Under the pieces are notes generated by a model. It was given only the letters and a program-made list of their open reading frames with translations. It was not told the DNA's origin and did not search any database. A stretch of 64,000 nt of DNA from Hydrurus foetidus (taxonomy: Eukaryota), in the NCBI GenBank assembly GCA_900617105.1, contig UYFQ01000018.1, positions 1 to 64,000 of the forward strand, given 5' to 3'. A program made the position numbers and the translations under genes. Shown one piece after another: positions 59,758-64,000 of the stretch (position 1 is its first letter; every line of letters starts with the position of its first letter).

Positions 59758-62700
59758 CTCTGCATCTCGATCTGCCTCTATTTCTCTCTCACTTCTTGTC
59801 ATCATCCCCTCCCTCCCTTCCTTTCTTTATGCCATCCCTTCCCTCTTTTTTATCCTTCCCTTCTATTCTTCTCTTCTTATCACCTTCATCCCTACATTAC
59901 AACTATCACAGACACGGCAACCTATCTCAGTCAGAGCAAAAGAGTGTATTTGAAGTGGCGAGGAATGGAGTACTAAAAATAGTTGTTGCCACCAATGTAG
60001 CAGAGGTAATAAATGTGTTGACATTTTATTCTATGATTCGATTATATGCATTACTCGGTATATTCTACTATCTGATGATGCATCATTTTATTTTCACTCT
60101 ATCTTTTGGTTTGATGTTAATTTTTTCCATTCACCGCGCTATTCTTTTCTATGACTTTTCATGACGGTGTTCTAATTTGACTCGAGTTGAATATTGTATT
60201 AACCTATCACGCTGTTCACCTTCAACATCGTTATTATTATTATGAATGTCTTTGACATTCCTAACATTATTCAATTAACATTATTCAATTAACATTATTC
60301 AATTAACATTATAAAATTAACATTATTCAATTAACATTATTCAATTAACATTATCTAATTGATTTCCCAGGCGAGTGTCACACTCCCAGACGTCACAGTG
60401 GTAATTGATTCTTGTCGAGTTAAGGAAATTGACTTCAACGCTGAGCTGCAGATGTCCGCTCTGATAATGAAGAAGGCTTCCAAAGACAGCTTAAGGCAGA
60501 GAAGAGGCAGAGCAGGGAGAGTGCAGGTACGCGTGAGAGAGTATGTGTCTGCATGCAAGTATGTATGTATGTACGTACGAGAGTTTGAATGTGCGCACGT
60601 ACCTGTACATATAATTTTGTTGCTTCCATGTGTTCAGTCCCCCCCCCGCCCCCCTTTTTCTTTTGTTGTGCACTGCCACTGCTTTTGATGATCCGTCAAT
60701 TCATTACTACGTTCGTTTTTTAATTTGTTCTTATGATCACTTACTTATCTACTATTTTCTACTACGATCAGCTTTTCTTTCCTTTTCATTTTCTCCTCAT
60801 ATCTGCCGCATTCACTCTCCTAACTCTCTACTCCACAACCGTGTAACTCCAACAGTCCGGCAGATGCTTCCGAATGATCACGGAACGTACGTACGAACTC
60901 CTCCCCCCACACAGCGTACCTGAAATGCTCCGCGCCCCACTGGAGAATCTAGTGCTACAAGTGAGACAATCGTAAAAATTTTTAGTCTTTCTTTTGTGTA
61001 CGTCATTATCCAGTAGTATTTTGACATTGCGGCTTGAATTGTAAGATAGTAACATTAATCTCGTGATCATCATCACTATCATCATCATCATCATCACCAG
61101 TGTCTCTCCGCCTGCCTCTCTATTTGAATAAATGCCCACTTTTTAAGTAGAGCAGTCTCAGTGATCTAGCCCCACTTACTGATTGCGATTTGCTTCATCA
61201 GACTAGCACAGAACCAAACCAAAATTACTCGCACTTCCTTCGCGTGTACTCTAGTACCCTCCTTCTCATTTCCTTCTCTTCTCATCTCATCTCCACACCT
61301 CATTTCGTCTCCCTCCCTCCTCTTCTCTCCGCCATGTCTTCACTTCTTGTTCTTCTTCCCTCCCATTCTTCACCTCTTCCTCTACCGTTTTATTCTCCCT
61401 CCCCATCTCATTCGCCATGTCTTTCTCTTCTTTCCCCCTCACATTCCCCTCCTGTCTCTCATACTTCCCTCACATTCCCCCTTACTCCACTCACTCGTCA
61501 CATCTTCCCCTTACTCTCCCCTCGCATTCGTTATTTTCTCTTCTTCCTCTCTTATCTCTCATTCTTCACACCCTTCTTCCTCCCTTTAGGTCAAAGCAAT
61601 GGACCTCACCGAAACTTGTGAAGAACTTCTAGGCCGCTGTCCGGACCCTCCCGTACGCGGCAACATCCGTACAGCGCAGAGAATACTCACACAGATGCAG
61701 GCCCTGGACCCACATTCTGGAATCATTACTCCTCTAGGTAGAAAATATGTGATTTGGAGTGCAGTGTGGTGGAGTGGTGTGGTGTGGTGTGGTGTTATGT
61801 GTTTAGGCGTAGTGTAGTCTGGTGTGGTGGTGTGTTGCGCTATTATGTGTGGAGGTGTGGTGTTGTTGTGTTGTGCAATTTAATGTATTGTGTCATGTTG
61901 TGTTGTGTCGTGTTGAAATCGTTGTGCGGCACTTTACAGTGAGTAGTGAAGTAGTGTACTGAATACTGTGTAGTGCTGTACTGCACCGGACAGCCATGTG
62001 CCGTCATGTTTTGTATTGTATCGTGCGAAGGGAAGTGTGTATGACTGTCCTCCAGCCTATCAAAATACATGGCTGTTTCCCGATCCCAAGTCGTTCTTTC
62101 TCCCATCCTTCTCTGTCTAGGTCGGCACTTATCCTCTCTCCCTTGCGATCCAAAAGTTGGAAGGCTTCTAGTATACGGTGCTCTACTAGGTACGTACATA
62201 CTGTTCGTACGTCTGTTCGTACGTGCACAAGAACAGAATACGTTTGTTATGTGTGCACACAACACATGTACTTCAATGTATAGATTACACAAACGTACCA
62301 TCGTATGTATTGTACGCACGCACACATTAGACATGAAATGCCATACCAAGTCGGTATACACCTGTACTAATGACGTACGTGTTTTATTGCTCTCAGGCTG
62401 TACTTACGCAGCGTCTGCCATTGCGGCGGGTCTTACGGCCAGATCTCCATTTTTACCAGGAGCGAATAAGGTGTGTATGGTGTGGGGAATAATGATTACT
62501 CGAATTGGGAATGTTTTTGTGTACCATGTGCCTTGTCGTGCATGAGAATAATTTTGGATGGATATCATTGAATGCAGGCAGACAAGGACAAGTCGTGATC
62601 GTATGAATATGTACCGTTTAAGTCTCCCACTTGAATATATCAGTCAACGCTGTTCCTCTCCCTATTTTCGTCCCTTTCCCTCTCCCGTTATATCCCTCTC

Positions 62701-62931
62701 TCTTACCCACTGACCCTCTCTCCCTCTCCTCACCTCTCACTCTCTCTGTCTATTTCTCACACTCTCGCTTTTCAAAATTTCTAATATCACTACACCGTAT
62801 AAAATTCTAAATTCCATGTTGAAGTCCAAGTTCTCTCTGGCAGCGAACACTCACAGCGACCAGTACGCACTGTACATGGCGGTGAAGATGTTCGCAGACA
62901 GCGGAAAGGGAGCAGCTCAGAAGAGGTATGT

Positions 62932-62966
<35 letters not shown>

Positions 62967-64000
62967 TCTGTGTGTATATGTATGTGCATATTTATGTGTC
63001 TGCTTTGACATTTGTATGTATGTACGTATGTAATTATGTACGTACGTATGTATGTATGTATGTATGTGTGGATGTATGTATGTATGTGTGGATGTATGTA
63101 TGTATGTGTGGATGTCTGCGCAATTATCGTTTGAATATATAATTATACTACAGTAAATGGTTCCAAAATAAAAATTTCAAGGGCTCTTGAATACCATTTA
63201 AACAACATTCTTTCGAATACAATGTTATCAGGTTCTGCGATGACAATTTATTGTCGTACGAGCGCATGGTGGAAATCCGTACGTTACAAAAAGATTTACT
63301 TGAAGGATTAGTCACGCTCGGATTTATTCAAAAATTCGAAAACGGTATTTCCCAGTCACATATTTCGAACCGTAATTTATCAAAACCGAAAATCGTCATT
63401 GCTACGATTTGTGCGGGATTGTATCCTCAAATCGGTAAATTGGTCAGACCTGCACAGAAATTTTCAGAAACTCAAGGGGGGTTGATTGAACGGAATGTAC
63501 AGGTCCAGGAACTGGAATTTTATATTTTAGATAATCAAGATAATGAGAATGACGAAAAGGAGAAAGATAAAGAGAAAAGAAAAGAGTAAATTGATTACAA
63601 TGGGTAATAAAACAAAAAATAACAATAGCATTCTCAGTATTAGCGATAACAACAACAGCAAATTCAATAGCAGCAGTGTGGACCTTGTGCGTGTGGATAT
63701 ACACACGTCAAGCGTTAACTCTACAAACGTAACGTACAGATCAAGTAACTTCATAATATACAGCGAGAAAAAACTCAGTCAAAATAACGCAAATAAAGAC
63801 AATAACACCTTTACCGCTTTCCTGCACGATATCACCGAAATTCCTCCATTTCCGTTATTATTTTTTGGCGGTGAATTAGCGGCGCAATACTCAGAAGGCA
63901 CGGTTACAATCGACAACTGGATTAAATTTTCCGCTCCCGGAAAAATCGTATTTTTGATCCTCAATTTACGGAAATCTTTTGACGATTTATTGACGGAAAA
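51404..64000 (+). CDS. DHX57: DExH/DEAH-box RNA helicase, DHX57/DHX29/YLR419W-like, multi-exon, runs off window end
   Basis: N-terminal LPSQLLQEFCQKEK..PKY, RanBP2-type finger WICDDCNAQNFA...CFKCQSPR, and RWD domain DEIESLQSIYGD...YP...P. Helicase motifs RKKLPAW, GETGCGKTTQIPQF, QPRRLAA, DEVHER, MSAT, IFLPG, LHGNL, ATNVAEASVT and QRRGRAGRV, then HA2 TPLGRHLSSLPCDP. Confidence 0.88.
57909..58330. mobile_element. 422-bp non-autonomous DNA transposon with TTAA target duplication (Kolobok-like termini), inside a helicase intron
   Basis: TTAA|GAGTCACTGTCCCCtgtCGTGCTCTTTT ... AAAAGAGCACGgttGGGGACAGTGACTC|TTAA: 28-bp TIR with 3 mismatches. Also an internal 24-bp inverted repeat (~58068-58091 and ~58168-58191). 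Confidence 0.88.
59650..59757. repeat. (TTTC)n microsatellite, intronic
   Basis: Direct reading. Confidence 0.95.
60263..60355. repeat. 14-bp minisatellite (aacattattcaatt) x ~6.5, intronic
   Basis: Direct reading; ends just before the acceptor AG at 60369-60370. Confidence 0.9.
62934..63115. repeat. (GT)n and (GTAT)n simple repeats, intronic
   Basis: Direct reading. Confidence 0.9.

Noticed and set aside
59538..61632. Hydrophobic FLSF-, RKKE- and Pro/Ser-rich ORFs
   Set aside because: Translations of intronic microsatellites and pyrimidine tracts of the helicase gene.

Overview
Eukaryotic nuclear DNA with GT-AG introns and intronic microsatellites. It most likely comes from a photosynthetic stramenopile (ochrophyte, chrysophyte-like), inferred from a CYP38/TLP40 gene with a signal peptide plus plastid and thylakoid-lumen targeting. 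The dominant feature is one ~20-kb minus-strand gene (~29471 to 9579) that the ORF track breaks into dozens of pieces. Reassembled with two clear introns it encodes ~6,500 aa: ten tandem DUF3494/IBP-1 ice-binding-like domains, ~3,650 aa of (PTGQ)n from an 11-kb 12-bp minisatellite, a small globular domain, one transmembrane helix and a ~410-aa tail ending in an acidic run. This is a candidate giant cell-surface ice adhesin, and it is flanked by two glycosyltransferase genes. The second major feature is a 7-kb decayed tyrosine-recombinase retrotransposon (43369-50385) with A1..B1-A2-B2 split direct repeats, lying next to an intact copy of its own empty target site. Other content: ankyrin-repeat, ATG10-like, UNC119 and DHX57-like genes, two MITEs, a duplicated hairpin and an unidentified pseudogene. 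All family assignments come from motif recognition by eye; no searches were run.
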